DNA of 64,000 bases, taken from Neisseriaceae bacterium. GTDB taxonomy: Bacteria > Pseudomonadota > Gammaproteobacteria > Burkholderiales > Neisseriaceae. Each line of letters begins with the position of its first letter. The stretch's first letter is position 1. A model generated the notes under the pieces. The model was not told where the DNA came from. It ran no database searches and was given only the letters and a program-made list of their open reading frames with translations. The DNA lies in the NCBI GenBank assembly GCA_043842855.1, contig JBBPJF010000003.1:118906-182905 (forward strand). Reading direction: 5' to 3'. Of the stretch, positions 27,983 to 39,295 are shown piece after piece. Made by a program: the position numbers and the translations under genes.

Positions 27983-29299
27983 TCATTTTGTCTGCTTTTC
28001 TTTTACAGCTTCATCTAATTGTCTCAGCTGAATTAATTTTTCCTTAATCTTGATCTCTAATCCTCGTTCAACTGGTCGATACCATTGTGGTTCTTCCAAA
28101 CCTTCAGGCATATAGGTTTCGCCTGCTGCATAGGCATTCGGCTCATCATGCGCATAACGATAGGTCTTTCCGTAACCTAACTCCTTTGATAGTCTAGTTG
28201 TAGCATTTCTTAAATGAAGTGGTACTGCTTCACTACCAGCGTTACGCACAAAGTGCATTGCCTCTTTGTAAGCCTTATAAGCTGCATTACTTTTAGCAGC
28301 ACAAGCCAGAAATATCACTGCTTCCGCCAGAGCTAATTCTCCTTCTGGACTACCCAAGCGTTCATAAGTCATTGCTGCTTGTTGAGCTATTTCCATGGCC
28401 CTAATATCCGCTAAACCTATATCTTCCCACGCCATACGAATAATTCTTCGAGCTAAATAGTGCGGATCTACTCCTCCATCGAGCATTCTGCATAGCCAAT
28501 AAAGAGCTGCATCTGGATGAGAACCACGGACAGATTTATGTAGAGCAGATATTTGTTCATAGAATTGGTCTCCTCCCTTATCAAATCTCCTTAATGTATC
28601 CGACAAAATCTCACGACAAAAGGTTAGATCTAATACCTTTCGATTTTGACTAAGGGCAGACCCTAGTAATTGCTCCATCGTATTGATTAACCTTCTGGCA
28701 TCATGATCCACTGAGGCAACAATAGAATTAACTGCTTCAGGCAATATAGAGAGAGACTTATACTCTTTCAAACCCATTATTCTATTGATCAACTGAATTA
28801 AGGACTCTATTCCTAAAGGTCTTAGAGCATAAACAGCTACACGGCTTAGCAACGCATTGTTAACTTCAAATGAAGGGTTTTCAGTCGTGGCCCCTATAAA
28901 GGTAATTAGCCCTGATTCTATGTGAGGTAGAAATGCGTCCTGCTGCGCTTTATTGAAGCGATGGACTTCATCTACAAACACGACAGTTCTGCGATTCTGA
29001 GCCAAGCTTTCCGTAGCCGTTTGTATCGCCTGACGGATCTCTTTTACCCCTGAAAACACTGCTGACAAATTAACAAAAACGGCCCCACTATGTCGGGCAA
29101 TAATTCTAGCTAGGGTGGTCTTCCCAACGCCAGGAGGCCCCCATAGCAAAATGGAAGCTAATTGATTGTATTCATACATCAAACGAATCGGACCATTCTC
29201 GCCAACCAAATGCTCCTGCCCAATTACCTCTTCCAGGGTCTGAGGCCGCAATCGATCTGCCAAAGGTCTTTGCAAATTCTGAGGCAACTTACTGACCAC
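27983..29299 (-). CDS. rarA: Replication-associated recombination protein A (AAA+ ATPase)
   Basis: 438 aa. LADRLRPQTLEEVIGQEHL start, Walker A GPPGVGKTT, Walker B VVFVDEVHRFNK, and a C-terminal MgsA domain (DAALYWL). Confidence 0.92.
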   Translation of the reverse strand: MVSKLPQNLQRPLADRLRPQTLEEVIGQEHLVGENGPIRLMYEYNQLASILLWGPPGVGKTTLARIIARHSGAVFVNLSAVFSGVKEIRQAIQTATESLAQNRRTVVFVDEVHRFNKAQQDAFLPHIESGLITFIGATTENPSFEVNNALLSRVAVYALRPLGIESLIQLINRIMGLKEYKSLSILPEAVNSIVASVDHDARRLINTMEQLLGSALSQNRKVLDLTFCREILSDTLRRFDKGGDQFYEQISALHKSVRGSHPDAALYWLCRMLDGGVDPHYLARRIIRMAWEDIGLADIRAMEIAQQAAMTYERLGSPEGELALAEAVIFLACAAKSNAAYKAYKEAMHFVRNAGSEAVPLHLRNATTRLSKELGYGKTYRYAHDEPNAYAAGETYMPEGLEEPQWYRPVERGLEIKIKEKLIQLRQLDEAVKEKQTK

Positions 29300-29333
29300 C
29301 CAATTTACTCATCACTTTAATACCAACTTTATT

Positions 29334-29798
29334 TTAGAACATAGTATTACCATTATTTGAGGATACTGGAATGGACTGAACCACGTCCCAATGTTCAACT
29401 ATCTTATTGTTTTTCAATCTAAAAATATCAATGATAGCCTGTCCCTTATCATTTTTATTTTTAGTGCTATGCACCTGTAAAACAACTAAATCTTTATCTG
29501 CTATCATTTTCTTTATACTATTTTTAGCATCTGGATGATCAGTAAAATACTTTGTAAAGTAAGTTACAAAGGGCTTTTTGCCGTCTGCAAGGTAAGGATT
29601 ATGTTGGATATAAATATCTCCAATATATTTATCAGAATAATCAGCCACTTCGTGTTTGACGAAAACCCCCTCATAAAAATCTTTTACTATTGTTTTATTT
29701 TTTGTTTCACTACTATCAAAACCATGGCTGAGTAAATAAAAAAAACCTAATCCTAGAACAAAACCAAGCACTAAATTTAAAATATTTAATTGTTTCAT
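29334..29798 (-). CDS. Exported SnoaL-like / NTF2-fold protein (COG4922-like)
   Basis: 154 aa with an N-terminal signal/anchor helix. YIQHNP...DGK...F and DIFRLKNNKIVEHWDVVQ motifs are typical of SnoaL-like proteins. Confidence 0.6.
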   Translation of the reverse strand: MKQLNILNLVLGFVLGLGFFYLLSHGFDSSETKNKTIVKDFYEGVFVKHEVADYSDKYIGDIYIQHNPYLADGKKPFVTYFTKYFTDHPDAKNSIKKMIADKDLVVLQVHSTKNKNDKGQAIIDIFRLKNNKIVEHWDVVQSIPVSSNNGNTMF

Positions 29799-30121
29799 GT
29801 TCTTTCCTCATATGAATTTAATCTTTCTTTTATTAAAACTCATCCAAGGCAACCAATCCTCACAGCAGCCAAACAGCCCTTATTGTGCCAAGGATCTGAA
29901 ATTAGTTTTAAACTTATTCGAAAGATTCAGAAAGCAACAAACCTCCCAGAACTGATGAGATACTGAAGCTCTCAGACAAAGAAACGCAAACAAGATACTT
30001 TTGCCCGTTTTGAAACAGAGACATTATACTTTATTAAAAACAGAGTAGCCAGCACCCTCTATAAAGACCTATGTAAACACAAACTACAAGCTTTTTTTGG
30101 TTATTAAATCTATTTAACAGC

Positions 30122-30736
30122 TCAAATAACCCAAGGTAGAAGACGCTTAATCTTTAAATCATCTGTAATTAATGAGCCTATTTGCCCATTAAAATTTAAA
30201 AAAAAATAACGATAGATATTTTGATCAAAATTACTCTTAACCTCATTGTGAGCGACATGTACAAAATCCATTCGATGAAGGCCAGAGAAAATAGTTAAAC
30301 CCTTACACTTTAGGTACGCTTCTTTTTGGGTCCAGTAGCGCATACAAGCCCTTGAATAGAAATCTGCATGTTTAAGGCTTTCACGCTCTCTACAAGTGAG
30401 ATACCTTTGAACCCATCGATTGCTAACAGGTCTAAATTCACTTTCAATATCTAGCCCGATACATGTTTTTTTATAGGTAAATGCAATAGCATAATAAGCC
30501 TGGCTATGAGAAATACTAAAACTAAACTCCACGCCAGGGATAAAAGGATTACCACTTATACTCCTTGCAATCGAAGAAGGACCAATATCTCGGTCTAGCA
30601 AAGTAGAAAGTAATGAATATTTATAGCGCATTAGTTGAAAACGTTGCCCCGTCCCACATGATGCCCCCTTTAATATATCTGACAACGGCACTGCTAACCA
30701 GTAAACTACGCTATTGTCCTGTCTATCCACCTTCAT
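30122..30736 (-). CDS. 4'-phosphopantetheinyl transferase (Sfp/EntD type)
   Basis: 204 aa. GLDIE motif and the W-x-x-KEA-x-x-K motif (WTQKEAYLKCKG). Confidence 0.75.
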   Translation of the reverse strand: MKVDRQDNSVVYWLAVPLSDILKGASCGTGQRFQLMRYKYSLLSTLLDRDIGPSSIARSISGNPFIPGVEFSFSISHSQAYYAIAFTYKKTCIGLDIESEFRPVSNRWVQRYLTCRERESLKHADFYSRACMRYWTQKEAYLKCKGLTIFSGLHRMDFVHVAHNEVKSNFDQNIYRYFFLNFNGQIGSLITDDLKIKRLLPWVI

Positions 30737-30786
30737 TCCTTGATGCTAAATCCTCATTTGGTAATCTTTAAATCATACATGAATAC

Positions 30787-32325
30787 TCACTCACTAAAGT
30801 TACTAACTGCCGAAAGATAGGCTTTAGCACTAGCATGAATAATATCCAAATCCATTCCTTGCCCACTGACCACGCGGCCTGATCTCTTCAGCCTAATTAA
30901 TACCTCTGCTTGGCTTTCCGTACCCTCCGTAACTGCACTTACCGAGTATAATTCCAACGTTGCTCCACTGTTAATTACTGACTCGATAGCTTTAAAGACA
31001 GAGTCTACTACGCCCGCTCCCGTAGCTTTGGCAACTATTTCTTTTTTCTGGTACAAAAAGCATATTTTTGCTTGGGGGGCCTCTCCTGTCTCAGCCTCTA
31101 TTTTGAGTGAAATAAATCTAAGATCCTGCTCCTGACTCATATTACTAATCTCATCAGAAACTAAGGCATGCAAATCCTCATCAAAAATTTGTCGCTTCTT
31201 ATCAGCTAAGTCCTTGAAACGCACAAATGCCGCATTCAATTTTTCCTCGGACTCCAGCCAAATACCTAATTCTTGTATTTTTTTCCTAAAAGCATTTCGC
31301 CCAGAAAGCTTACCCAGTGTCAGTCGATTAGTATTCCAGCCCACCAATTCTGGAGACATAATTTCATAAGTCTCTCGGCACTTCAATACTCCATCTTGAT
31401 GAATACCTGACTCATGCGTAAAAGCATTCAGCCCAACGATCGCCTTATTAGCAGGGACAGGATAGCCAGTGATAGTAGATACTAATTTAGAAGTCGCTAA
31501 TAAATACTCGGTCTTAATTGCAGTAGTTAGGTTTAGTAGGTCCTTGCGCGTATGAACGGTCATTACAATTTCTTCCAAACTAGCATTCCCTGCCCTTTCT
31601 CCTATACCGTTAATCGCACACTCAACCTGCCTTGCACCACCTTGAACCGCAGCGATAGAATTAGCGACTGCCATACCTAAATCATCATGACAATGTGCTG
31701 ACCAAATCACTTTGTCGCTGTTGGGCACCCCACTAATCATTCGTTCAAATCTCTCTTTAGTTGCACTAGGTAAAGAGTACCCCACTGTATCTGGCATGTT
31801 AATAGTTGTTGCTCCAGCCTCAATTACTGCACCAAAAATCTCTTCTAAAAAAGAAATATCTGAACGAAACCCATCCTCAGCAGAAAACTCTATATCTTGC
31901 GTGTATTCCTTGGCAATACGTGTAGCCTCTACCGCAGCGTTCAACACTTCCTGAGGAGTCTTTTTCAACTTAAACTCCATATGTAAAGGACTGGTTGCAA
32001 TGAAAATATGAATCCTTTTATTTGCTGCAGGCAAAAGAGCCTCTCCTGCCTGGCGAATATCTTTTTCATTAGCCCTAGCCAAGGAACAGACTGTCGCCTG
32101 TCGAAGCAATTTAGCAACTGCATGGACAGCTGCAAAATCACCCACGCTAGCTGCAGCAAAACCAACTTCTATAACATCTACCCCTAATTTTTCCAGCTGA
32201 AGCGCAATACGAATTTTTTCTTCTTGAGTCATAGCGGCTCCAGGAGTTTGTTCACCATCACGCAAAGTTGTATCAAAAATAATTAATCGTTGCTCTAAAC
32301 TCATGGATGTTTCTCCATTCTTCAT
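30787..32325 (-). CDS. leuA: 2-isopropylmalate synthase family (LeuA type, with C-terminal regulatory domain)
   Basis: 512 aa. [11 protein letters not shown] start, HxH metal site ([12 protein letters not shown]), and a C-terminal LeuA-dimer/allosteric domain. Confidence 0.86.
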   Translation of the reverse strand: MKNGETSMSLEQRLIIFDTTLRDGEQTPGAAMTQEEKIRIALQLEKLGVDVIEVGFAAASVGDFAAVHAVAKLLRQATVCSLARANEKDIRQAGEALLPAANKRIHIFIATSPLHMEFKLKKTPQEVLNAAVEATRIAKEYTQDIEFSAEDGFRSDISFLEEIFGAVIEAGATTINMPDTVGYSLPSATKERFERMISGVPNSDKVIWSAHCHDDLGMAVANSIAAVQGGARQVECAINGIGERAGNASLEEIVMTVHTRKDLLNLTTAIKTEYLLATSKLVSTITGYPVPANKAIVGLNAFTHESGIHQDGVLKCRETYEIMSPELVGWNTNRLTLGKLSGRNAFRKKIQELGIWLESEEKLNAAFVRFKDLADKKRQIFDEDLHALVSDEISNMSQEQDLRFISLKIEAETGEAPQAKICFLYQKKEIVAKATGAGVVDSVFKAIESVINSGATLELYSVSAVTEGTESQAEVLIRLKRSGRVVSGQGMDLDIIHASAKAYLSAVSNFSE

Positions 32326-32400
32326 TTTTACTTAGCTTTGTTACCAAACCTGCGTTTATAAGCTTACTTCTGACCTAATAACTTCAATATAATGCATTCA

Positions 32401-32436
32401 GAAAAAAATAAAGCACCACTATACAATAGTGGTGCT
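32401..32436 (-). terminator. Rho-independent terminator after ihfB
   Basis: Perfect 11-bp stem AGCACCACTAT / ATAGTGGTGCT with a 3-nt loop at 32412-32436. On the minus strand it is followed by UUAUUUUUUUC. Lies 20 nt after the ihfB stop. Confidence 0.75.
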
Positions 32437-32455
32437 CAAATTATAAAAAAATGAA

Positions 32456-32764
32456 TTAGCTCTTAGCCGAAGCATTTACTAATTCGCGAAGCGCCTTCCC
32501 GGATTTAAAATGTGGAACCTGCTTTGCAGGGACATGGACTTTCTCACCTGTCTTAGGATTGCGTCCCATCCTAGAAGGGCGATCATTGAGATTAAAACTG
32601 CCGAATCCTCGAATCTCAATGCGTCTTCCCAGTGCTAATGAGTGAGTTAAACTTTCTACAATTACCTGAACACCCTGCTCTAGCACTGTTTTAGAATAAT
32701 TTTTCTCAGTGCTTTGATGCGCACTCGCCTCGACTACTTGACTAACTAATTCCGACTTGGTCAT
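32456..32764 (-). CDS. ihfB: Integration host factor subunit beta
   Basis: 102 aa. MTKSELV start, and RIEIRGFGSF...R.GRNPKTGE..V....VPHFK.GK, typical of IHF-beta. Shows the conserved rpsA-ihfB synteny. Confidence 0.9.
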   Translation of the reverse strand: MTKSELVSQVVEASAHQSTEKNYSKTVLEQGVQVIVESLTHSLALGRRIEIRGFGSFNLNDRPSRMGRNPKTGEKVHVPAKQVPHFKSGKALRELVNASAKS

Positions 32765-32795
32765 TTCAATTCCCTTCCTCTATTAATTAGATGCT

Positions 32796-34460
32796 TTAAG
32801 AAAGTTTTTCTTTCAACAAGTCTCCTAGACTAGTAGTACCAGCATTCAAATTGCTACGTTGAACACTATCCAGGACCGCTGCCTGTTCTTTCTCAGTAAG
32901 TGCCTTAATAGACAAATTAATTACTCGATTTTTACGATCAACTCCAGTAATTAAGGCTTCAATAGGATCACCTTCCTTAAACTCTGCTTGTAAATTTTCT
33001 ACCTTATCAACAGAAATTTCGGAAATCTTTAGCTGCCCTTCAACTTCTTCACTTAATGCAACAAGCACCATGCCAGGTTCAATAGACTTCACTTTGCCTT
33101 TCACGACGCTTCCCTTTTCATGGGCTTCTAAATAATTACTGAAGGGGTCCCCCTCTAACTGTTTTACGCCCAAAGAGATTCTTTCTTTCATCGTATCAAT
33201 GGATAGGATTACTGTTGTTAACTCATCCCCCTTCTTGTAGTTTCTAACTGCCTGTTCACCCGGTTCATTCCAAGACAAATCAGACAAATGGACCAAGCCA
33301 TCAATATTTCCAGGTAACCCAATAAAAACACCAAAGTCAGTAATGGATTTGATTACTCCACTAATACGATCGCCCTTTTGGTAATTAGCTTCAAATTCCT
33401 CCCAGGGATTAGGCATACACTGCTTCATACCTAGACTAATCCGTCGACGATCAGTATCAATATCTAGCACCATCACCTGGACCTCATCTCCCAGCTGTAC
33501 CACCTTGCTTGAATGCACATTTTTGTTCGTCCAATCCATTTCTGATACATGCACCAATCCTTCGATTCCTCTCTCGATTTCAACAAATGCACCATAGTCA
33601 GTCAGATTAGTTACCTTTCCATATAACCTAGTTCCAGCTGGATATAGACGAGACAATCCTTCCCATGGATCAACTTCTAGCTGTTTCAAGCCCAAAGAAA
33701 CTCGATTTTTCTCTTGATCGAATTTAAGCACCTTGGCCTCAACCTCTTGCCCAGCCTCTAAAATTTCACTCGGATGCTTAACACGACCCCAAGCCAAATC
33801 AGTAATATGTAATAAACCGTCAATACCACCTAAATCTACAAAAGCTCCATAGTCCGTTATATTTTTAACAATACCTTTAACTACCGCACCCTCTTTTAGA
33901 GTCGCCAGTAAGGCCTGTCTTTCTTCACCTAGGGCTTCCTCAAGCACTGCACGACGAGAAACCACTACATTATTGCGTTTCTTGTCTAGCTTAATCACCT
34001 TAAACTCAATTTCTTTATTTTCATAAGGGGTCATATCTTTGACTGGGTGGACATCCACTAGAGAACCTGGTAAAAAAGCACGGATACTATTCACCATTAC
34101 AGTCAATCCACCTTTGACCTTACCATTGATAACACCGGATAGTATGGTGCCTGTTTCCAATGCCTCCGCCAATACAATCCAGTCAGCAGCTCTTTTCGCC
34201 TTTTCTCGGGAAAGCCTAGTTTCTCCGAAACCATTTTCAATGGATTCAATAGTCACCGTGACAAAATCGCCGACCTTGACCTCCAGCTCTCCATTAATAT
34301 TTTTAAATTCATTGATATCAATCCAAGCCTCAGATTTTAGACCGGCGTTAACCGTAACTGTATTGTTGTCTATCGCTACTACTTCAGCAGTAATTACCTC
34401 CCCTACTGTCATTGCCTGGGTAGAGGAATACTCTTCTAACAACTCTGCAAAATTTTCCAT
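32796..34460 (-). CDS. rpsA: 30S ribosomal protein S1
   Basis: Six S1 repeats (repeated G..V.G.V..I.D.GAFV motifs). Start set at the ATG at 34460 ([10 protein letters not shown]); the ORF track starts at 34487. Confidence 0.94.
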   Translation of the reverse strand: MENFAELLEEYSSTQAMTVGEVITAEVVAIDNNTVTVNAGLKSEAWIDINEFKNINGELEVKVGDFVTVTIESIENGFGETRLSREKAKRAADWIVLAEALETGTILSGVINGKVKGGLTVMVNSIRAFLPGSLVDVHPVKDMTPYENKEIEFKVIKLDKKRNNVVVSRRAVLEEALGEERQALLATLKEGAVVKGIVKNITDYGAFVDLGGIDGLLHITDLAWGRVKHPSEILEAGQEVEAKVLKFDQEKNRVSLGLKQLEVDPWEGLSRLYPAGTRLYGKVTNLTDYGAFVEIERGIEGLVHVSEMDWTNKNVHSSKVVQLGDEVQVMVLDIDTDRRRISLGMKQCMPNPWEEFEANYQKGDRISGVIKSITDFGVFIGLPGNIDGLVHLSDLSWNEPGEQAVRNYKKGDELTTVILSIDTMKERISLGVKQLEGDPFSNYLEAHEKGSVVKGKVKSIEPGMVLVALSEEVEGQLKISEISVDKVENLQAEFKEGDPIEALITGVDRKNRVINLSIKALTEKEQAAVLDSVQRSNLNAGTTSLGDLLKEKLS

Positions 34461-34574
34461 GTACATTTCTCTGGCACTCCAAGACATGCCTCGGTTAAAA
34501 TTTTCGAGTTCACCAGCTTGGCCTGGGGAACTGAATTGGAGAATCCAATCCTCATAAAAGGGGGAAATTATAGC

Positions 34575-35234
34575 TTATTTAAGCGTTTGGCGATACCAGC
34601 TGACAATTTTTTGTACAACTTCTTCTATACTTAGAGATGAAGAATCTAGTACATACGAACCCCGAGCCTTAACTAGCGGGGAAAATTCCCTTGTTATATC
34701 CTGTTTGTCTCGGTGAGAAATGGAATCATACAACTCTTGGTATTCTCTCGAACCTATTTCAATACCCAATTGCTTAGCTCTTCTTTGAGCACGGCTATCA
34801 AGTGAAGCCGTCAAATAGACCTTTAAAACGGCTTGAGGAAACACAACGGACCCCATATCGCGACCGTCTGCTACTAAAGGATAGTCCTGGGCATAGTTAC
34901 GCTGTCGTCGTAATAGACTTTCCCTCACCTTGGGAAAAAGTGCAATCTGAGAGGCACCTCTGCTGATAACCTCTTCTCTAATACCTTTGCTAACATCCTC
35001 ATGTCCCAAGTAAACCTTACCATCCTTTAATGTAAAGGAAAACGTCTCAGCCAACTGGGAAAGCCCTTCCTCATCTCCCAATCCGCCCTCCAAACTACGC
35101 TTTGCTAAAAGTGCAAGCAAACGATAAAGCACCCCTGAATCCAAATAGCGCCATCCAAGGCGTTTAGCTACATTACTAGCCACAGTTCCTTTACCCGAAG
35201 CCACCGGCCCGTCAATCGTAATTACATCGGCCAT
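34575..35234 (-). CDS. cmk: Cytidylate kinase
   Basis: 219 aa. ITIDGPVASGKGT P-loop, with the conserved cmk-rpsA synteny. Confidence 0.9.
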   Translation of the reverse strand: MADVITIDGPVASGKGTVASNVAKRLGWRYLDSGVLYRLLALLAKRSLEGGLGDEEGLSQLAETFSFTLKDGKVYLGHEDVSKGIREEVISRGASQIALFPKVRESLLRRQRNYAQDYPLVADGRDMGSVVFPQAVLKVYLTASLDSRAQRRAKQLGIEIGSREYQELYDSISHRDKQDITREFSPLVKARGSYVLDSSSLSIEEVVQKIVSWYRQTLK

Positions 35235-35279
35235 GAGAAAAAACTTTTAAATCATTTAACAAATAAATTACTCTAACTC

Positions 35280-35612
35280 TTAAATAGATGCATTAATGAA
35301 GGCCATCAATTGTGTTTTACCCAAAGCACCTACTTTAGAAGCTATAGCTGCTCCATCTTTATACAGGCTCAAAAAAGGGATATTCCTAATACCGAGCTCT
35401 GCGGCTACTCTCTGGTGAGCCTCAATATCTAACTTAACAACTTTTAATCTACCTTCGTACTCCCTAGCAATCTCCTCCAGAATAGGAGCAACCATGCGAC
35501 ACGGCCCACACCACGGAGCCCAAAAATCTACTAGTACAGGTAAATCAGATTTGATGACATCCTTTTCAAAGTCATCATCAGTTGTATTAATAATCACACT
35601 CGTTTCACTCAT
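35280..35612 (-). CDS. trxA: Thioredoxin
   Basis: 110 aa with the WAPWCGPC active site. Confidence 0.92.
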   Translation of the reverse strand: MSETSVIINTTDDDFEKDVIKSDLPVLVDFWAPWCGPCRMVAPILEEIAREYEGRLKVVKLDIEAHQRVAAELGIRNIPFLSLYKDGAAIASKVGALGKTQLMAFINASI

Positions 35613-35732
35613 TACTTCCTCCTAATTCACCAACCCAAACAAGAGCAAAGCCTTTTATATGGGTGGTCCTACTCAAACAAACGGCTGTTTACCAGTGAGA
35701 AGGTTCAGCCACACGAATAAATTTAAGCCTTT

Positions 35733-37004
35733 TTAAGAAGCTCTTTCATTTTCTAGTTCTGGTTTACCAGAAGCTTCCCCTTCCCTGATATAAGTAGGCC
35801 TACTCCCCCGCTCTACGTTATCTTTGGTAATAATCACCTCACGAATCTTTCTATCTTGGGGTACTTCATACATCACGTTTAATAATAAACTCTCCATAAT
35901 AGAACGCAAACCTCTTGCCCCGGTTTTCCTGCGTTTTGCCTCTTTGGCAATACTCCGGAGTGCCGAAGGCATAATCTTGAGAATTACATTTTCCATGGCA
36001 AAAAGAGCTTCATACTGCTTTAACAAAGCATTACGGGGTTCAGTTAAAATGCGAACCAAGGCTTCTTCATCTAGTAACTCTAAGGTTGAAAACACTGGTA
36101 AGCGACCTACCAGTTCAGGAATCAATCCATATTGAATCAGATCATCGGGCTCTAGCTGCCTTAATAGACGAGAAATATCTTTCTCATTTTTATCTATCAG
36201 CTTGGCTCCAAAGCCAATTCCACCCTCTTCAGAACGTTTTTTAACTATTTTTTCTAATCCTTCAAACGCTCCTCCACAAATAAACAAAATGTTTGTCGTG
36301 TTCACACTTAAAAATTCTTGCCTTGGATGTTTCCTTCCTTGTTGAGAAGGAACAGAAGCCTCCGTCCCTTCAATAATCTTCAATAAGGCTTGCTGTACTC
36401 CCTCCCCTGAAACATCCCTGGTAATAGAACGATTTTCACTCTTGCGCGCAATTTTATCTATCTCATCAATGTAAATAATTCCTCTCTCTGCACGCTCTAC
36501 ATCAAAATCACATTTACTAAGTAATTTAGTGATAATTTGTTCTACATCCTCTCCAACATAACCCGCCTCCGTTAGCGTAGTTGCGTCCGCAATGGCAAAC
36601 GGGACATCAAGCTTTCGAGCCAAAGTCTGAGCTAGCAGGGTTTTGCCCGAGCCCGTAGAACCAACCAACAAAATGTTACTCTTGTTGATTTCAACTGTAT
36701 TATCTTTCTGTGCAGCCTGATTTCTCAATCTTTTGTAGTGATTGTATACTGCCACCGCCAGCGTTCTTTTAGCCTCATTCTGCCCAATGACATATTCATC
36801 TAGGTGTTTTACCAGCTCCATAGGTGTCGGGATAGATTCAGTTGCTAATACCTTGCCATCTTCTTCAAGCCTTCTCGCTTCTAGGTACCCAAAACTCTCC
36901 TCTATACAAGAACTACAAATACAAGCATCTTTTCCTTCAATCAACAGTTCTACATCATCAACACTTTTTCCGCAGAAGTCACAATAACGCTCATCATTTA
37001 ACAT
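35733..37004 (-). CDS. clpX: ATP-dependent Clp protease ATP-binding subunit ClpX
   Basis: N-terminal C4 zinc finger (CDFCGK...CSSC), Walker A GSTGSGKT, Walker [10 protein letters not shown]. Start set at the ATG at 37004; an alternative start is at 37025. Both overlap the clpP 3' end. Confidence 0.94.
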   Translation of the reverse strand: MLNDERYCDFCGKSVDDVELLIEGKDACICSSCIEESFGYLEARRLEEDGKVLATESIPTPMELVKHLDEYVIGQNEAKRTLAVAVYNHYKRLRNQAAQKDNTVEINKSNILLVGSTGSGKTLLAQTLARKLDVPFAIADATTLTEAGYVGEDVEQIITKLLSKCDFDVERAERGIIYIDEIDKIARKSENRSITRDVSGEGVQQALLKIIEGTEASVPSQQGRKHPRQEFLSVNTTNILFICGGAFEGLEKIVKKRSEEGGIGFGAKLIDKNEKDISRLLRQLEPDDLIQYGLIPELVGRLPVFSTLELLDEEALVRILTEPRNALLKQYEALFAMENVILKIMPSALRSIAKEAKRRKTGARGLRSIMESLLLNVMYEVPQDRKIREVIITKDNVERGSRPTYIREGEASGKPELENERAS

Positions 37005-37629
37005 TATCTTCTTTCTTAATTTCATCCCTAGAAGTAATTACACGATCAATCAAGCCATATAGCCTGGCCTCTTCTGAAGATAAGAAATTATCTCGATCGG
37101 TATCCCTTTCAATAGTCTCTATGGATTGCTGCGTATTCTTAGCCAATAACTGATTCAGCATCTCCTTCGTTTTCAATAATTCTCTAGCATGAATTTCAAT
37201 ATCTGAAGCTTGCCCAGCTAAACCACCACTAATTAAAGGTTGATGAATCATAATTCGGCTGTGTGGTAATGCCCAGCGTTTACCCTTTACTCCAGATGAC
37301 AGTAAAAAGGCTCCCATACTTGCTGCCATACCCGTACAAATAGTCGCAACTTCAGGTCGAATATAATTCATCGTGTCATATATAGCCAGACCAGAGGTAA
37401 CAGAACCTCCGGGTGAATTAATATACAAATAAATATCCTTACTCGGATCTTCACTTTCCAAAAAAAGTAATTGAGCAACAATCAAATTAGCCACCGAATC
37501 GCTAATAGGACCCACCAGAAAAATTATTCTATCTTTTAATAGCCTTGAATACAAATCAAAGGCCCGCTCCCCCCGTGCAGTTTGCTCAATTACTGTAGGT
37601 ACCAAATAATTGTTTGTCTGTCTTGTCAT
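36994..37629 (-). CDS. clpP: ATP-dependent Clp protease proteolytic subunit
   Basis: [23 protein letters not shown] start, catalytic Ser in GMAASMG, and His in IMIHQP. Start set at the ATG at 37629; the ORF track starts at 37668. Confidence 0.94.
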   Translation of the reverse strand: MTRQTNNYLVPTVIEQTARGERAFDLYSRLLKDRIIFLVGPISDSVANLIVAQLLFLESEDPSKDIYLYINSPGGSVTSGLAIYDTMNYIRPEVATICTGMAASMGAFLLSSGVKGKRWALPHSRIMIHQPLISGGLAGQASDIEIHARELLKTKEMLNQLLAKNTQQSIETIERDTDRDNFLSSEEARLYGLIDRVITSRDEIKKEDNVK

Positions 37630-37704
37630 TAATCTGACCCCAAAAAGAAAAAGCTTAAATACCAACACCCCATAGTATCCAAGCTTTTATAGCACAGCAC
37701 CGCC

Positions 37705-37729
37705 AAAAAAGAAACTCGCTACAAGTTTC
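37705..37729 (-). terminator. Intrinsic terminator/attenuator between tig and clpP
   Basis: On the minus strand, directly after the tig stop: GAAACU-UGUAGCG-AGUUUC (6-bp stem) followed by UUUUUU. Confidence 0.6.
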
Positions 37730-39043
37730 CTAAAGACCGATTAATTCATCTATTTTTCTTTTTACCTCTTTGGTAGAGACCTTGCTCAACACGAAATCCA
37801 CTACATTTTTCTCAGTGGCTATAGATTTCGCACTCGCATACTCCTTCTCATTATGAAGATAGTGATGCAAAACTTCAGAGGGATTCTCATAATTCTGAGC
37901 AAGTTCTTCTATCACTTTTTTAACCTGTTCCTCAGTCGCCATTAAAGATTCCTTATCCATTAGCTGACGCAGTATTAATCCTACCTTGACCGATTTTCTT
38001 GCCTCTGCCATCAAAGATTCATCGGATATCTCTGGCAATTTTGTCCCTACTCTCGATTTCTGCTGTTCCCTTTGCACAGCCATTTCCCTTAATCGCTCGT
38101 ATTCACGTTCCACCATAACTTGAGGTAACTCAAAATCAGTAGTACTAAGCAATAAGGCAATCACTTTATCCCTATTAATTAAATCCACTCTTCGAGCTAC
38201 TTCACGTGTTAGATTACTTTTTACCTCTTCCCGAAGTTCTTCTAAATCACCACTTACTATCCCCAGAGATTTTGCAAAAACCTCATCCATTTTTGGCAAG
38301 ACCTCTTTGGCTAAGGTTTTCAAGGTTATTTTAAATAGAGCTGTCTTACCCACTAAATCTTCTTTTGGATAGTTCTCCGGAAAACGAACTTCTGCCTCCT
38401 TCGTTTGGCCCGGTTTGAGACCAAGAATTGCCTCTTCGAAATCAGCAAGCATATAGCCGGATCCAAGGAGGACTGTATAATTTTCAGCTGATCCGCCTTC
38501 AAAGGGCACGCCGTCTATGGTTCCCTCGAAATCGATCACGGCTCTATCTGTTTTTTTAGCGGCCCTCTTGACAGGTTCATACTGCACTTTCTGGCGACGC
38601 AGTAACTCCAAAGTATTTTTAACATCTGCATCAGTGACTTGTGCAACTACCTTATCGATCTCCTTGTTTGACCAATCCGCTAACTCAATGGGGCCCGGCA
38701 TAACCTCAAAGGTAGCAACGACCTGAACCTGTTCCCTATTCTTGTCGTCTTTGGGCAACACTTCTAATTTTTTCAAACCTGCCAGATCTATTTTTTCATT
38801 TGCTATATTAGCGTAGAAATTTTCAGCAGCCTGAACCCGGATCACCTCAGCCCGCATCGCTGAGCCATACATATTTTCAATTATTTTAAGGGGTGTTTTT
38901 CCTGGTCTAAACCCATTAAGCCGTGCTCGCTTTTGCTTTTCCCTTAATCGAGAGCTTACTTCCTTTTCAATATCCTGCAAGGGCAAAGCCAGAACCAACT
39001 CTCTCTCCAACCCCCCTAAATTCTTCACTTGAGTCGTCATCAA
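37730..39043 (-). CDS. tig: Trigger factor
   Basis: 437 aa. N-terminal ribosome-binding GFRPGK motif, a central FKBP-type PPIase domain, and tig-clpP-clpX synteny. Confidence 0.92.
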   Translation of the reverse strand: MMTTQVKNLGGLERELVLALPLQDIEKEVSSRLREKQKRARLNGFRPGKTPLKIIENMYGSAMRAEVIRVQAAENFYANIANEKIDLAGLKKLEVLPKDDKNREQVQVVATFEVMPGPIELADWSNKEIDKVVAQVTDADVKNTLELLRRQKVQYEPVKRAAKKTDRAVIDFEGTIDGVPFEGGSAENYTVLLGSGYMLADFEEAILGLKPGQTKEAEVRFPENYPKEDLVGKTALFKITLKTLAKEVLPKMDEVFAKSLGIVSGDLEELREEVKSNLTREVARRVDLINRDKVIALLLSTTDFELPQVMVEREYERLREMAVQREQQKSRVGTKLPEISDESLMAEARKSVKVGLILRQLMDKESLMATEEQVKKVIEELAQNYENPSEVLHHYLHNEKEYASAKSIATEKNVVDFVLSKVSTKEVKRKIDELIGL

Positions 39044-39150
39044 TTCACCTTCTCGCTGCGCGCGATATAAACCTGATTTTCCACAACCCGAACCGCCGTA
39101 TCCATCCTAACCGCCGCCTGGATCGAGCTACCCAAAATTTCAGGCCCAGG

Positions 39151-39159
39151 ATTATAACA
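39151..39159 (-). promoter_or_regulatory. Candidate extended -10 promoter for tig
   Basis: Minus strand reads TGtTATAAT about 105 nt upstream of the tig ATG. There is no good -35 hexamer. Confidence 0.35.
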
Positions 39160-39295
39160 CACTTTGCCCACTCGCTTCTCACGCGCTTATTAAACTCAGC
39201 CAGATACGCACCCCTAAAAACTCCGTGAAACTGCTATGGAATAACGATTAAAATTGGCTCAATCCTTAAACTCAGAGCGCCGTACAGTGCAAAAG

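Noticed and set aside
34039-34557. 172-aa plus-strand ORF, plus many other 60-120-aa ORFs antisense to well-supported genes (for example 3108-3386, 4650-5064, 24774-25145, 35824-36135, 36742-37153, 38923-39228, 41182-41677, 12050-12292).
   Set aside because: All lie entirely inside, or antisense to, genes with strong homology or overlap tRNA-Ala. Their products are low-complexity (Ser/Pro/Leu-rich) with no start signals. These are typical shadow ORFs.
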